The notes: a model not told the origin generated them from the letters alone. Numbered from the stretch's first letter, positions 1-7,305 are shown. The stretch is 35,334 nucleotides of DNA from a virus (IMGVR_UViG_2778261179_000021:1-35334); one strand, 5' to 3'. Program-made: numbers and translations.

Positions 1-21
1 ATGCGAGGGACAGTCGAAATT

Positions 22-351
22 ATGCGTTATCCCGTCACTCTTACACCCGCGCCGGAAGGCGGTTATATGGTTTCTTTTGTGGATATCCCTGAAGCGTTGA
101 CGCAGGGCGAAACTGTCGCTGAAGCGATGGAAGCGGCAAAAGATGCTTTACTGACCGCATTTGATTTTTATTTTGAAGATAACGAGCTTATCCCTTTACC
201 TTCGCCATTAAATAGTCATGATCACTTTATTGAAGTGCCTTTGAGCGTCGCCTCTAAGGTATTGCTGTTAAATGCTTTTTTACAGTCAGAAATCACTCAG
301 CAAGAGTTAGCCAGGCGAATTGGCAACCCGAATGTAGTCAACCCAAAATAA
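22..351 (+). CDS. hicB: HicB-family antitoxin-like protein; C-terminal HTH appears truncated
   Basis: GAGGGA RBS about 10 nt upstream of ATG at 22 (track ORF 1..351 starts at an in-frame ATG at the window edge). N-terminus MRYPVTLTPAPEGGYMVSF...QGETVAEAMEAAKDAL fits the HicB antitoxin fold. The C-terminal ...SEITQQELARRIG looks like the first helices of an XRE-type HTH, then 8 unrelated residues and a stop. Confidence 0.6.
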   Translation: MRYPVTLTPAPEGGYMVSFVDIPEALTQGETVAEAMEAAKDALLTAFDFYFEDNELIPLPSPLNSHDHFIEVPLSVASKVLLLNAFLQSEITQQELARRIGNPNVVNPK

Positions 352-583
352 CTAAAAATTTTGCAATAAAAAGCCCCATCTCAAGGACAAGGCTTAGAAA
401 TCAACTAATTAACATAGTTTCCAGATCAAAGGGGTTATAATGAAATCCATAAAAGGTGATCTGTTAGCTGGGTGCTGTATATCTAAAATGTTACTTAATT
501 AATATCGTTCTGGTGGTTAGCTTTCATCGCATCTCACCATTTTTGAGTAATCTTCATGCTATTGAATTGCATCATTTCACCTC

Positions 584-1363
584 TTACTCTGCGTCTACCA
601 TGTCACATGCAAATTGAGTGTGTTTATATTCAGAATCAAATTTTGGTTCAATTACTTCAAGACGCATGTCACCTTTTTTGCTTACCCAGATGTTATAAGT
701 GTTAACACGTCCAATAGCATCCTGTTTGGATTTACCTTCCATTGCGTTTGGATTCTCTTTAGATGGCTTGAGACTTGATTTATAAACATCATACTTGTCG
801 GAATACACAAAAGATACAGGAACATCGTCTACCATTTTGATCTTAAGTTTACCGCCGTTATTATCAAAAGTTTTGTTTCCGTAGAGTTTATCTTTTACAG
901 CTTCTGTTTCCTCACCATCGATAACTTTCCATGTAAATTTTGTAGTACATGCGTAAATCGCGGTAACATTCAGTTTCTTTACTTCTTCCTGTTTCGGTTG
1001 TTCTTCTTCAATCTTCGCAGAAGTCTCTGAATCGCTCTCTGACGCGGTTTCTTCTTTAGATAATACATTCATCAAGTTTTGGATTTGAGCGTTGTATACA
1101 GCCTCCAGTGGCTGAATCTGCCCGATATTGATCATTGTATCACGAACAGTTTTATTCCAGTTTCGTTGCTCTTGTTTCAGAGACGGATCAATCTTAACAG
1201 CCTTAACATATACTTCATGAAGTTTAGAATCCAGTGCGGAGATTGACTCATTAGCACAAATAAACTTCTCTGATTTGGTAGTGGCTTTAGCGCAATCAAA
1301 GGACGCAGCATCAGCACCGAAAGCAGTAGCAGAAAGAACGATAGCAGCGATAATGTTTTTCAT
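584..1363 (-). CDS. secreted protein with DUF1311/LprI-like N-terminal domain
   Basis: ATG at 1363 with AAGAGG RBS; N-terminal signal peptide MKNIIAAIVLSATAFGADA; FDCAKAT...FICANESISALDSKLHEVY...QEQRNWNK pattern resembles DUF1311 (lysozyme-inhibitor LprI N-domain). Confidence 0.6.
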   Translation of the reverse strand: MKNIIAAIVLSATAFGADAASFDCAKATTKSEKFICANESISALDSKLHEVYVKAVKIDPSLKQEQRNWNKTVRDTMINIGQIQPLEAVYNAQIQNLMNVLSKEETASESDSETSAKIEEEQPKQEEVKKLNVTAIYACTTKFTWKVIDGEETEAVKDKLYGNKTFDNNGGKLKIKMVDDVPVSFVYSDKYDVYKSSLKPSKENPNAMEGKSKQDAIGRVNTYNIWVSKKGDMRLEVIEPKFDSEYKHTQFACDMVDAE

Positions 1364-1721
1364 TTTATACCTCTTTTGGTATGGACTGACTTTTAGATGC
1401 TTACTTTATTGATTTTTGATATTTTTTCAATTATTGGGATGAGATTTAGTAATTAAATTAAGAAATTAATGCTTGACAAATTAAAAAGGTACTGTTCCAC
1501 GGATGAAATAAAGGGAGTTTTCGGCACCCCGGTATTTGATGTGCGTGTGAGATTCTAAAACGTGATCACTTCACTTATGGCGCGGTCGCTACGCGACTAT
1601 TAACCCACTTCCTAACCCTTACCATTACTGGATCTTTCCCTTCGTTAGAATGCGATTTAGGCGCTTAGATTGTGCGTAAAACCAATAAATAAAATTACGC
1701 AAATTTAATGGAGGATAACCA

Positions 1722-2276
1722 ATGAAAGAAGAATTAACCCTTACAGAAATTTCCCGTTTATATGGCTATACATTGAATGGTGGCGGTAAGCGATGGTTAG
1801 AAAGGGGATTGCCATTTAACACCAATACCCGCCGCGTGCCAGCCAAAGAAGGAACAGAATGGGTCTTGAAAAATATTATCAACCCGCTTAAACAAACTTC
1901 TATCAAAGAACAAATCGACGTAGAGAAATTACGCCGTGAACGTGCTTTGGCAGATGCAGCCGAACGAGAGAACCAGGAAAAAATGAATCTCCTGATTCCT
2001 GTCGGTTATGTAGAACAGGAACTAGCGGAATACTGCGGGAAAGTGAAACAGACTATTTTGCAGATTTGTACGATCGATGCCCTAGAAATTTTAGAATCCG
2101 CCACTGATCAGAAAACATTGAAGAATAAGCTAAGGGAGATCATCGAACGTCGTTTAAATGAAGTAGGGGACTTGTTCGAAAATGCAGATTTGGGAGAAGA
2201 CGAGGAAGAAGAATTAGCATTAATGGATGAACCGGAACAAGAACCAGAAGAAGACGATGAATTTGATGTGTCTTAA
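1722..2276 (+). CDS. putative small terminase subunit (Nu1-like winged-HTH protein) or DNA-binding regulator
   Basis: GGAGGA RBS; N-terminal HTH-like segment LTLTEISRLYGY...RWLERGLPF, then an EKLRRE-containing helical region and a very acidic C-terminus; by-eye resemblance to lambda Nu1 (G-M/L-P-V/F ... EKLRRE). Confidence 0.45.
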   Translation: MKEELTLTEISRLYGYTLNGGGKRWLERGLPFNTNTRRVPAKEGTEWVLKNIINPLKQTSIKEQIDVEKLRRERALADAAERENQEKMNLLIPVGYVEQELAEYCGKVKQTILQICTIDALEILESATDQKTLKNKLREIIERRLNEVGDLFENADLGEDEEEELALMDEPEQEPEEDDEFDVS

Positions 2277-2376
2277 ACATTAGATACTAAATATATACGT
2301 GAAGGATGTTGAGCTGGTCAACGTCTACGGGGGAGAACATCCCCCGCTAACCTTTTTCTTATTTGAGGATTTACCT

Positions 2377-2478
2377 ATGGTTGAATTTTTGATTTATCTG
2401 GCTGTAGGATTAACTATCGTATATTCACTTGCTCACATTGGCATTTCTACTGTGTGTAACGCTTTCAAGTATCATTAA
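2377..2478 (+). CDS. small hydrophobic membrane peptide (33 aa)
   Basis: GAGGA RBS 7 nt upstream of ATG; translation MVEFLIYLAVGLTIVYSLAHIGISTVCNAFKYH is a single predicted TM helix; not in the ORF track because shorter than 60 aa. Confidence 0.35.
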   Translation: MVEFLIYLAVGLTIVYSLAHIGISTVCNAFKYH

Positions 2479-2531
2479 TTAAATCGATGAATTGAACTAT
2501 AGATGATGGTCATTTTCAAAGAGGATTATCT

Positions 2532-2705
2532 ATGGATCTTTTTGTCTACTTTGCTACTCTGCTGTTTTTGACTATCGTCGCTGGCATTAAATTGATTTTT
2601 ATATCGCTGGTGGTGTTTTTCAAATTTCTAATCGGTACGCCTTACGGCTGGGTATGCTTAATCCAGTTTATTCTTTTTAGTTGCTGTAAAAAGGATACTA
2701 AATAA
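2532..2705 (+). CDS. small membrane protein (57 aa, two hydrophobic segments)
   Basis: AAAGAGGA RBS upstream of ATG at 2532; strongly hydrophobic translation MDLFVYFATLLFLTIVAGIKLIFISLVVFFKFLIG...; followed by two plus-strand terminators. Confidence 0.4.
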   Translation: MDLFVYFATLLFLTIVAGIKLIFISLVVFFKFLIGTPYGWVCLIQFILFSCCKKDTK

Positions 2706-2863
2706 TAGTGTAATCTGCCTTTTCTCCTTATGGTTATTAACAGGGGATCTTCTTTGAGGATTCCCGATTAAAAGCCATAAAACACACTCCAGTACAGTGT
2801 TTTCATAGTCAGTGATCTATACAACACAAAAACATAACAAGTATAGATTGAGTATTAATCCTC

Positions 2864-2887
2864 CCGCCCTTCGGGGCGGTTATTTTT
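2864..2887 (+). terminator. intrinsic terminator (CCGCCC-TTCG-GGGCGG hairpin plus T-run)
   Basis: Perfect 6-bp GC stem with TTCG tetraloop followed by TTATTTTT. Confidence 0.6.
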
Positions 2888-2963
2888 CTGGCTTTAAAGA
2901 ATAATGTAGCATTATGTTCATTATAACCTCATCTTTGTTGTGCAAACCTAACCTAAACTTACT

Positions 2964-2990
2964 AGGGACTCTTCGGAGTCCCTTTTTTAT
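2964..2990 (+). terminator. intrinsic terminator (AGGGACTC-TTCG-GAGTCCCT plus T6)
   Basis: 8-bp stem, TTCG loop, TTTTTT run; abuts the stop codon of the convergent minus-strand gene. Confidence 0.65.
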
Positions 2991-3928
2991 TGGCAGTAAG
3001 AAAAGTTAGTACCGTACATTTCATCATGAAGCATTGCAGCATTGCGTTTCTGTTCTTCTTCCTCGTCTACCGCATCACTAGAAAAATGAGATTTGCCCTT
3101 AAAAGAACGAAGCAATTGCAGTGCAGCCATCGGATCACGCATCACATCGATTTTCACTTCTACTTCATCATTTGCGGCCTCATCAGCCGCATTTTCAACT
3201 ACTGCCACCGGAGCAACTTCTTTAGCTTTCAGTTCTTCAATTTCAGCTTTCTGGGCTTCGATAATCTGGTCTTTTTCTTCCAGTGCAGCTTTCAGTTCTG
3301 CGATCTGTGCTTCCAGTGCAGCAAAGCGATCTTCTACAACAGGAGAAACAGCATTAACCTGTGCTTCCAGTTCCAGAAATGCTTCGCAAGATTCAATACG
3401 TTCTTTCTCTTCACCTTCATAAGCAACCAGTTCTACAACTTCTTTTTCGGTAGCGTGGCTGTTAAAGAATACAGCAAAGTAAGGATTGCCGGATTTAGTG
3501 AAGTTCAGTTTAGCTTTTCCGGTAACTTCTTTACGACGACCGAAGGTGATCTGGCAATCAGCGGTATCCTGAAAATCCATGTTAGGAGCGGAAACGATAG
3601 CAGTATCACCAGCAATCACCAGGTGGAACAGTTCAGAAGAGTTCTTAACGGTAAAGGTAACGATGTGGTCTACTGCAACGTCTTTAGCAGGTTTAACGCG
3701 GTCGATTGCTTTACGAATGCCGTTAGGCAGTTTACCGTCAACACCAAAGCCAGCCGCGATCAGTGCTTCACGATGTGCTTTAAAGCCAGCGAAAGCGGAT
3801 TTCTGCTGCGCAAAGGAAACATGAGCAACAACTTTCGGCTGAATCTTCTTGTTTGCTTCGGTGCCAAATTTGATAACTGCTTTAGCGTTGGTTACTTCGT
3901 TAGTGAAAAAGTTAGCGGAAAATAACAT
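2987..3928 (-). CDS. hypothetical protein with central coiled coil and acidic C-terminal region (313 aa)
   Basis: ATG at 3928 with GGAG RBS; long ORF; heptad-like region ...FAALEAQIAELKAALEEKDQIIEAQKAEIEELKAKE...; second gene of a leftward operon downstream of LexA-like boxes. Confidence 0.7.
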   Translation of the reverse strand: MLFSANFFTNEVTNAKAVIKFGTEANKKIQPKVVAHVSFAQQKSAFAGFKAHREALIAAGFGVDGKLPNGIRKAIDRVKPAKDVAVDHIVTFTVKNSSELFHLVIAGDTAIVSAPNMDFQDTADCQITFGRRKEVTGKAKLNFTKSGNPYFAVFFNSHATEKEVVELVAYEGEEKERIESCEAFLELEAQVNAVSPVVEDRFAALEAQIAELKAALEEKDQIIEAQKAEIEELKAKEVAPVAVVENAADEAANDEVEVKIDVMRDPMAALQLLRSFKGKSHFSSDAVDEEEEQKRNAAMLHDEMYGTNFSYCQ

Positions 3929-3970
3929 TATAAATACTCCTGTGGAAAGTTAGTTTTAATTGTTCATCGC

Positions 3971-4004
3971 AAAAGCCCCCTTGTTGCCGCAAGGGGGCTT
4001 TTTT
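3971..4004. terminator. bidirectional intrinsic terminator
   Basis: 9-bp perfect stem GCCCCCTTG/CAAGGGGGC flanked by AAAA on the left and TTTTTT on the right. Confidence 0.6.
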
Positions 4005-4042
4005 ATTTTTAAAGCCATCATATAATTCTCAGTCAAAGTTGA

Positions 4043-4222
4043 TTACCAAACGGTAGCTTCAATCTTCACTTTAATGTCATATCGTTTTAGCAGTTTTCTA
4101 AAATCAGAGGGGTCAATCCCTTCTTCCTTCAAAACCGCCAGCTTGTCACCCTGCATCGCTTCAAAATAACGTTTAGCAATCGGGAGTAATACTTCTCGTG
4201 TGAATCGTACAGGTTTAGCCAT
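4043..4222 (-). CDS. small HTH-module protein (59 aa), paralog of the 7412..7645 and 7675..8280 proteins
   Basis: Internal ATG at 4222 preceded by GAGGGA RBS (track ORF starts further upstream at 4282); motif PVRFTREV...EEGIDPSDFRKLLKRYDIKV...IEATVW is shared with the 77-aa protein (RFTKEQ...HGISIAQFYKNMKKLDIKF...IVEATGF). Confidence 0.55.
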   Translation of the reverse strand: MAKPVRFTREVLLPIAKRYFEAMQGDKLAVLKEEGIDPSDFRKLLKRYDIKVKIEATVW

Positions 4223-4320
4223 TTTTAATCCCTCATTGTTAGGTTTAAAAAATCTTAAAAAAGAGCTTTTCGCTCTGAACAATTCTATTTATAAAATGTT
4301 TTTCGAAAAACCCTGTAAAA

Positions 4321-4342
4321 CCACTGTATATCCGATCAGTGG
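4321..4342. promoter_or_regulatory. LexA-box-like inverted repeat (CCACTGTATATCCGATCAGTGG)
   Basis: CTG-N10-CAG with a consensus-like left half ACTGTATAT; lies immediately upstream of a candidate minus-strand -35 (TTTACA) for the 4222 gene. Confidence 0.4.
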
Positions 4343-4405
4343 GAGCACGAATTGCTAAAGAGAAGATTAATAATTAATCAATCCGTACAATATTCAACCG
4401 AAAAA

Positions 4406-4444
4406 GCACTGTATATCTAACCAGTGCTGTATGAGTTAACAGTG
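4406..4444. promoter_or_regulatory. two overlapping LexA-box-like sites, including TGCTGTATGAGTTAACAGTG (CTGT-N8-ACAG)
   Basis: 4406..4427 GCACTGTATATCTAACCAGTGC; 4425..4444 matches the SOS-box core CTGT-N8-ACAG with the left half CTGTATGAG as in the E. coli recA box. Confidence 0.5.
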
Positions 4445-4580
4445 AGTCAGGAGATTTTCAGAAGTGAACAATCATTTTTCATGCATGTATTTATACACGA
4501 AAAAATCATGCTTATCATCTATATGGGGATTGTTTGGAAAATTTCAACCCTTACCAGTGATAAAAAGTATAAAATAGTTC

Positions 4581-4594
4581 TTGACACATGTCAA
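4581..4594. promoter_or_regulatory. operator-like imperfect palindrome TTGACACATGTCAA overlapping a -35-like TTGACA
   Basis: Outer arms TTGAC/GTCAA perfectly symmetric; TTGACA hexamer at 4581..4586. Confidence 0.3.
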
Positions 4595-4790
4595 CAAACA
4601 TGATCTAAGCGAGAGGTGACTATCAAAATTTTTGTTTGAAAATGGTAGATTAGGATTATCAACCTTTATAATCTATTATGGCACGGAGACCTTTTGATGA
4701 TTCCTTTTAAATCATTAGATTACGCCACTTTTTGGTGATTTTTTGGTTAAATAATATACAATAATTTTCTATCAAAATATTTGATGGGAA

Positions 4791-4986
4791 TTGCCCCCGA
4801 AATTCTGAATTTTTGCCCCCGAACAAAATCCCAAGATTCTACTATCCTATTTTTGCCCCTGAAACCTACTATTTTTGCCCCTGAAATTCTGGGAAACAGT
4901 GATTTTGCCCCTCATTTTTGCCCCTGAAATGCCAATAATTGCCCCTGAAAATCTAATTTTTGCCCCTGAAATTTTCCCCCGAAAAG
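4791..4986 (+). repeat. iteron array: about 9 direct copies of TTTTTGCCCCTGAAA
   Basis: Cores at about 4793, 4815, 4855, 4877, 4907 (degenerate), 4920, 4941, 4962, 4976 (degenerate), all in the same orientation, with spacings of mostly 21-22 bp or multiples; inside a 1.4-kb region lacking credible ORFs. Confidence 0.8.
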
Positions 4987-5118
4987 GATTGGTGAGAAAA
5001 ACTCTTTATAAAACATTAACTTGGGTGGGGGTAAAGGCGGGGGATTCGGCGTGCATAGATATTATATAACACATTCGCTACGCTCATGTGTAAAACCAAA
5101 AATAACCAAAAAGATATT

Positions 5119-5138
5119 AGGAGGGCTTTGCCCGACTG
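5119..5138 (+). repeat. 20-bp direct repeat copy 1 (AGGAGGGCTTTGCCCGACTG)
   Basis: Matches 5508..5527 at 19 of 20 positions; contains internal GGGC...GCCC dyad. Confidence 0.75.
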
Positions 5139-5507
5139 CGCGAAGCGCTAACCAATTACTTCTAGTAACAACTAATTTAAACTAGATGATACTAGATGGT
5201 CTTAGAAGGAATTAACTAGTTTGCTCGCTCGCTTCGCTCACTCTCAAACGTCTGCGACGCCACTGCGTGGCATCGAGAATCACTTTTGAAAGGATTTTCT
5301 TAGAAAGGGATTTAATACTAGTTACTAACTGATTCTAGTAAACGAACGAAGTGAGTAACAATCACTTTCTAGAAAGGTATTGGTATCCCTTCGGGATTGC
5401 AACCTTCGGTTGCTAAATTGCTTCCTGATTATTATTTCTCCAAAAGAAAGATTCTTATATTCTAAAGATACTTCTTCGTTTTGATGATGATTTAATCAAA
5501 ACTATGA

Positions 5508-5527
5508 AGGAGGGCTATGCCCGACTG
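5508..5527 (+). repeat. 20-bp direct repeat copy 2 (AGGAGGGCTATGCCCGACTG)
   Basis: Matches 5119..5138 at 19 of 20 positions; 389 bp downstream of copy 1. Confidence 0.75.
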
Positions 5528-5612
5528 AATACAATCACCTTTCATAATAACAAGAATTTTCTCTTTATAAATAATATTAGATTGATTCACTTTCTTTTAG
5601 AGGATTTCCACT

Positions 5613-6080
5613 ATGAACCATAAAATGACTACCACTACTCCTTTCATCCTGTTAGGTTTTGATGCTGATAGCTTCCACAATGACAAGTTAATGAAGATGT
5701 TCCGTGAACGTGGTTATAACATCCTTTTCAATTCCGATGAATCTCATTTCTCTAGTGCATGGTATGCCTTCCACCGTGATAAGAAGCCGACCATTGTTGT
5801 TAACGTCTTCACCGATGAAGAACGCTTAAAGTACCAGAATCTACCAGCAATTATTGTTCGTGATGATCTTCCGTTTGAAGTCCGTTCCGGTGACATTGAC
5901 CTGGGTAGCTTCGTTACTGTCTATGAACTGGATGAAGCAATGTTTAACTACGGTAAAGAAACCGCTCAGGAAGCCCAAGAACACGATGAAGAGGATGAGG
6001 AAAACGAAGACTACGCACCAATCTGTTTCTCTTCTCAGAATGGCTTCTACGGTTACGATGAAGGCTTAGATATGCTGTAA
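5613..6080 (+). CDS. acidic hypothetical early protein (155 aa)
   Basis: AGAGGA RBS; ORF rich in D/E with an acidic C-terminal stretch EAQEHDEEDEENEDY; first plus-strand gene after the non-coding hub. Confidence 0.65.
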   Translation: MNHKMTTTTPFILLGFDADSFHNDKLMKMFRERGYNILFNSDESHFSSAWYAFHRDKKPTIVVNVFTDEERLKYQNLPAIIVRDDLPFEVRSGDIDLGSFVTVYELDEAMFNYGKETAQEAQEHDEEDEENEDYAPICFSSQNGFYGYDEGLDML

Positions 6081-6115
6081 GTTAGGTCAACCCTTTGGCG
6101 TCTTGTCAAGGGGTA

Positions 6116-6143
6116 TTGACAAAATTTTCTGACTTTTTATGAT
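6116..6143 (+). promoter_or_regulatory. sigma70-type promoter (TTGACA-16 nt-TATGAT)
   Basis: Consensus -35 TTGACA at 6116..6121 and -10 TATGAT at 6138..6143 with a 16-nt spacer, upstream of the 6202 and 6441 genes. Confidence 0.55.
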
Positions 6144-6201
6144 TATCGCACTTGACAACTTTGAACCTATTTGACCTAGATTTGTAAAGAGGATGTTAAT
6201 T

Positions 6202-6348
6202 ATGAACACTACTAAGAAAATTGATGGACGTAAAAACCCGAACCGCAAACCGTGGACCCCAAACCTGAATTTCTCAATGGTTGACTTCCATGAACGCCAG
6301 CGTCGCATTCAAGAAGAAATTGATCGCGCGATTGCTGAATCTAAATGA
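6202..6348 (+). CDS. small basic protein (48 aa)
   Basis: AAGAGGA RBS 7 nt upstream of ATG; translation MNTTKKIDGRKNPNRKPWTPNLNFSMVDFHERQRRIQEEIDRAIAESK; downstream of the strong promoter; absent from the track because shorter than 60 aa. Confidence 0.4.
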   Translation: MNTTKKIDGRKNPNRKPWTPNLNFSMVDFHERQRRIQEEIDRAIAESK

Positions 6349-6440
6349 GATAAAAATTTCTTTATAAATAAAATTGTTCCGGTGATGCTGCCGGAACTAG
6401 GAGGACCAAATCACTAAACCGTTTAAGGGGAATTTTTACT

Positions 6441-7271
6441 ATGAATACTGTTACTACTATGAATACTGCTGTTAAAACTGCTTCCGTGTCTCTGGTTGTT
6501 GATAACACCAAACCGCTGACCATGTCTACCCGTCAGATTGCTGAATTGACCGGAAAGAATCATAAGGATGTTATGCGTGATTTTCGTCGCATGATTGATT
6601 CTCTTGAAAAAGGAAGCGAATTAGCCGGGCGCAATTTTGCGCTGGGGTATTTTGTAGAATCTTCATATTTTGATAAGAATAATCAATCTCGCCCGATGTA
6701 TGAACTGGACGAAGATCTCTGTAATACTCTGGTTATGGGATACGATGCACCGCTTCGCTTCAAAATTGCTAAAGAATGGCGTTTGATGAAAGAAGGGAAA
6801 GCTAATGTTCCGGTTAATCCATATGAACACTTTGAAGAAACAGACTGGATCGAACTGGCGTTAAAGAAAACTCGCGAAAACAAACAACTGATTGAACTTC
6901 ATGTTCGTAAGTCTGTAGATAGCCATTCAATGACGCGTCTGTTAGGCGCTAAAAAGGGCGCTACGAAGGTTAAAGAAGCACTGACGGCCTTGCGTACTGC
7001 TGGATACATTGAGCGCGTCTATGATGAAAATAACAAGCCGTGTGGGTATGTTGCTAATGATTCCGCTTTACCGTTTTGCAGCATGAACGCTCACTATCAG
7101 CTTTCTTTTACTGTTGATGTGCTTCCGGTGTTGGTTGAATTTGGTGTTCTGGAAGAAGAACAAAAAGCAACTCTGAATCTTCCTAAGCCGAACAACACTA
7201 TTCTGATTCAAAATAAAGCGGCTGAACGTCTCCGTCAGAATGTTGGATCACTGGAAGTCTTCGGACTGTAA
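6441..7271 (+). CDS. Rha-family phage regulatory protein (antirepressor-like)
   Basis: N-terminal motif MSTRQIAELTGKNHKDVMRDFRRMIDSLEK is characteristic of the phage Rha domain; 276 aa; followed by an intrinsic terminator. Confidence 0.7.
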   Translation: MNTVTTMNTAVKTASVSLVVDNTKPLTMSTRQIAELTGKNHKDVMRDFRRMIDSLEKGSELAGRNFALGYFVESSYFDKNNQSRPMYELDEDLCNTLVMGYDAPLRFKIAKEWRLMKEGKANVPVNPYEHFEETDWIELALKKTRENKQLIELHVRKSVDSHSMTRLLGAKKGATKVKEALTALRTAGYIERVYDENNKPCGYVANDSALPFCSMNAHYQLSFTVDVLPVLVEFGVLEEEQKATLNLPKPNNTILIQNKAAERLRQNVGSLEVFGL

Positions 7272-7279
7272 TAATTTTT

Positions 7280-7305
7280 AGCCTCGCCTAGTGCGGGGCT
7301 TTTTC
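7280..7305 (+). terminator. intrinsic terminator after the Rha-like gene
   Basis: AGCCTCGC-CTAGT-GCGGGGCT hairpin (one G-U pair) followed by TTTTT. Confidence 0.55.

Noticed and set aside
2990-3925. Long + strand ORFs (311 aa and 109 aa) antisense to the 313-aa minus-strand gene
   Set aside because: Low-complexity, Phe/Ser-rich translations lacking an RBS; a shadow of the real minus-strand gene, which has a GGAG RBS and a plausible protein.
4791-4986. Possible CRISPR array
   Set aside because: Repeats are only about 15 bp, the spacers are irregular (13-40 bp) and AT-rich filler, and there are no cas genes; this is an iteron-type array, not CRISPR.
4875-5069. Track ORF (64 aa) across the iteron array
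   Set aside because: Its translation is a repeat artefact (FAPE… repeated from the TTTTTGCCCCTGAAA iterons); no RBS; the region is better explained as a non-coding repeat array.
5854-6308. Track ORFs 5854..6069 (+) and 6087..6308 (-)
   Set aside because: The first is an alternative frame inside the 5613..6080 gene; the second is antisense to the promoter and RBS-equipped 48-aa ORF region and has no RBS.
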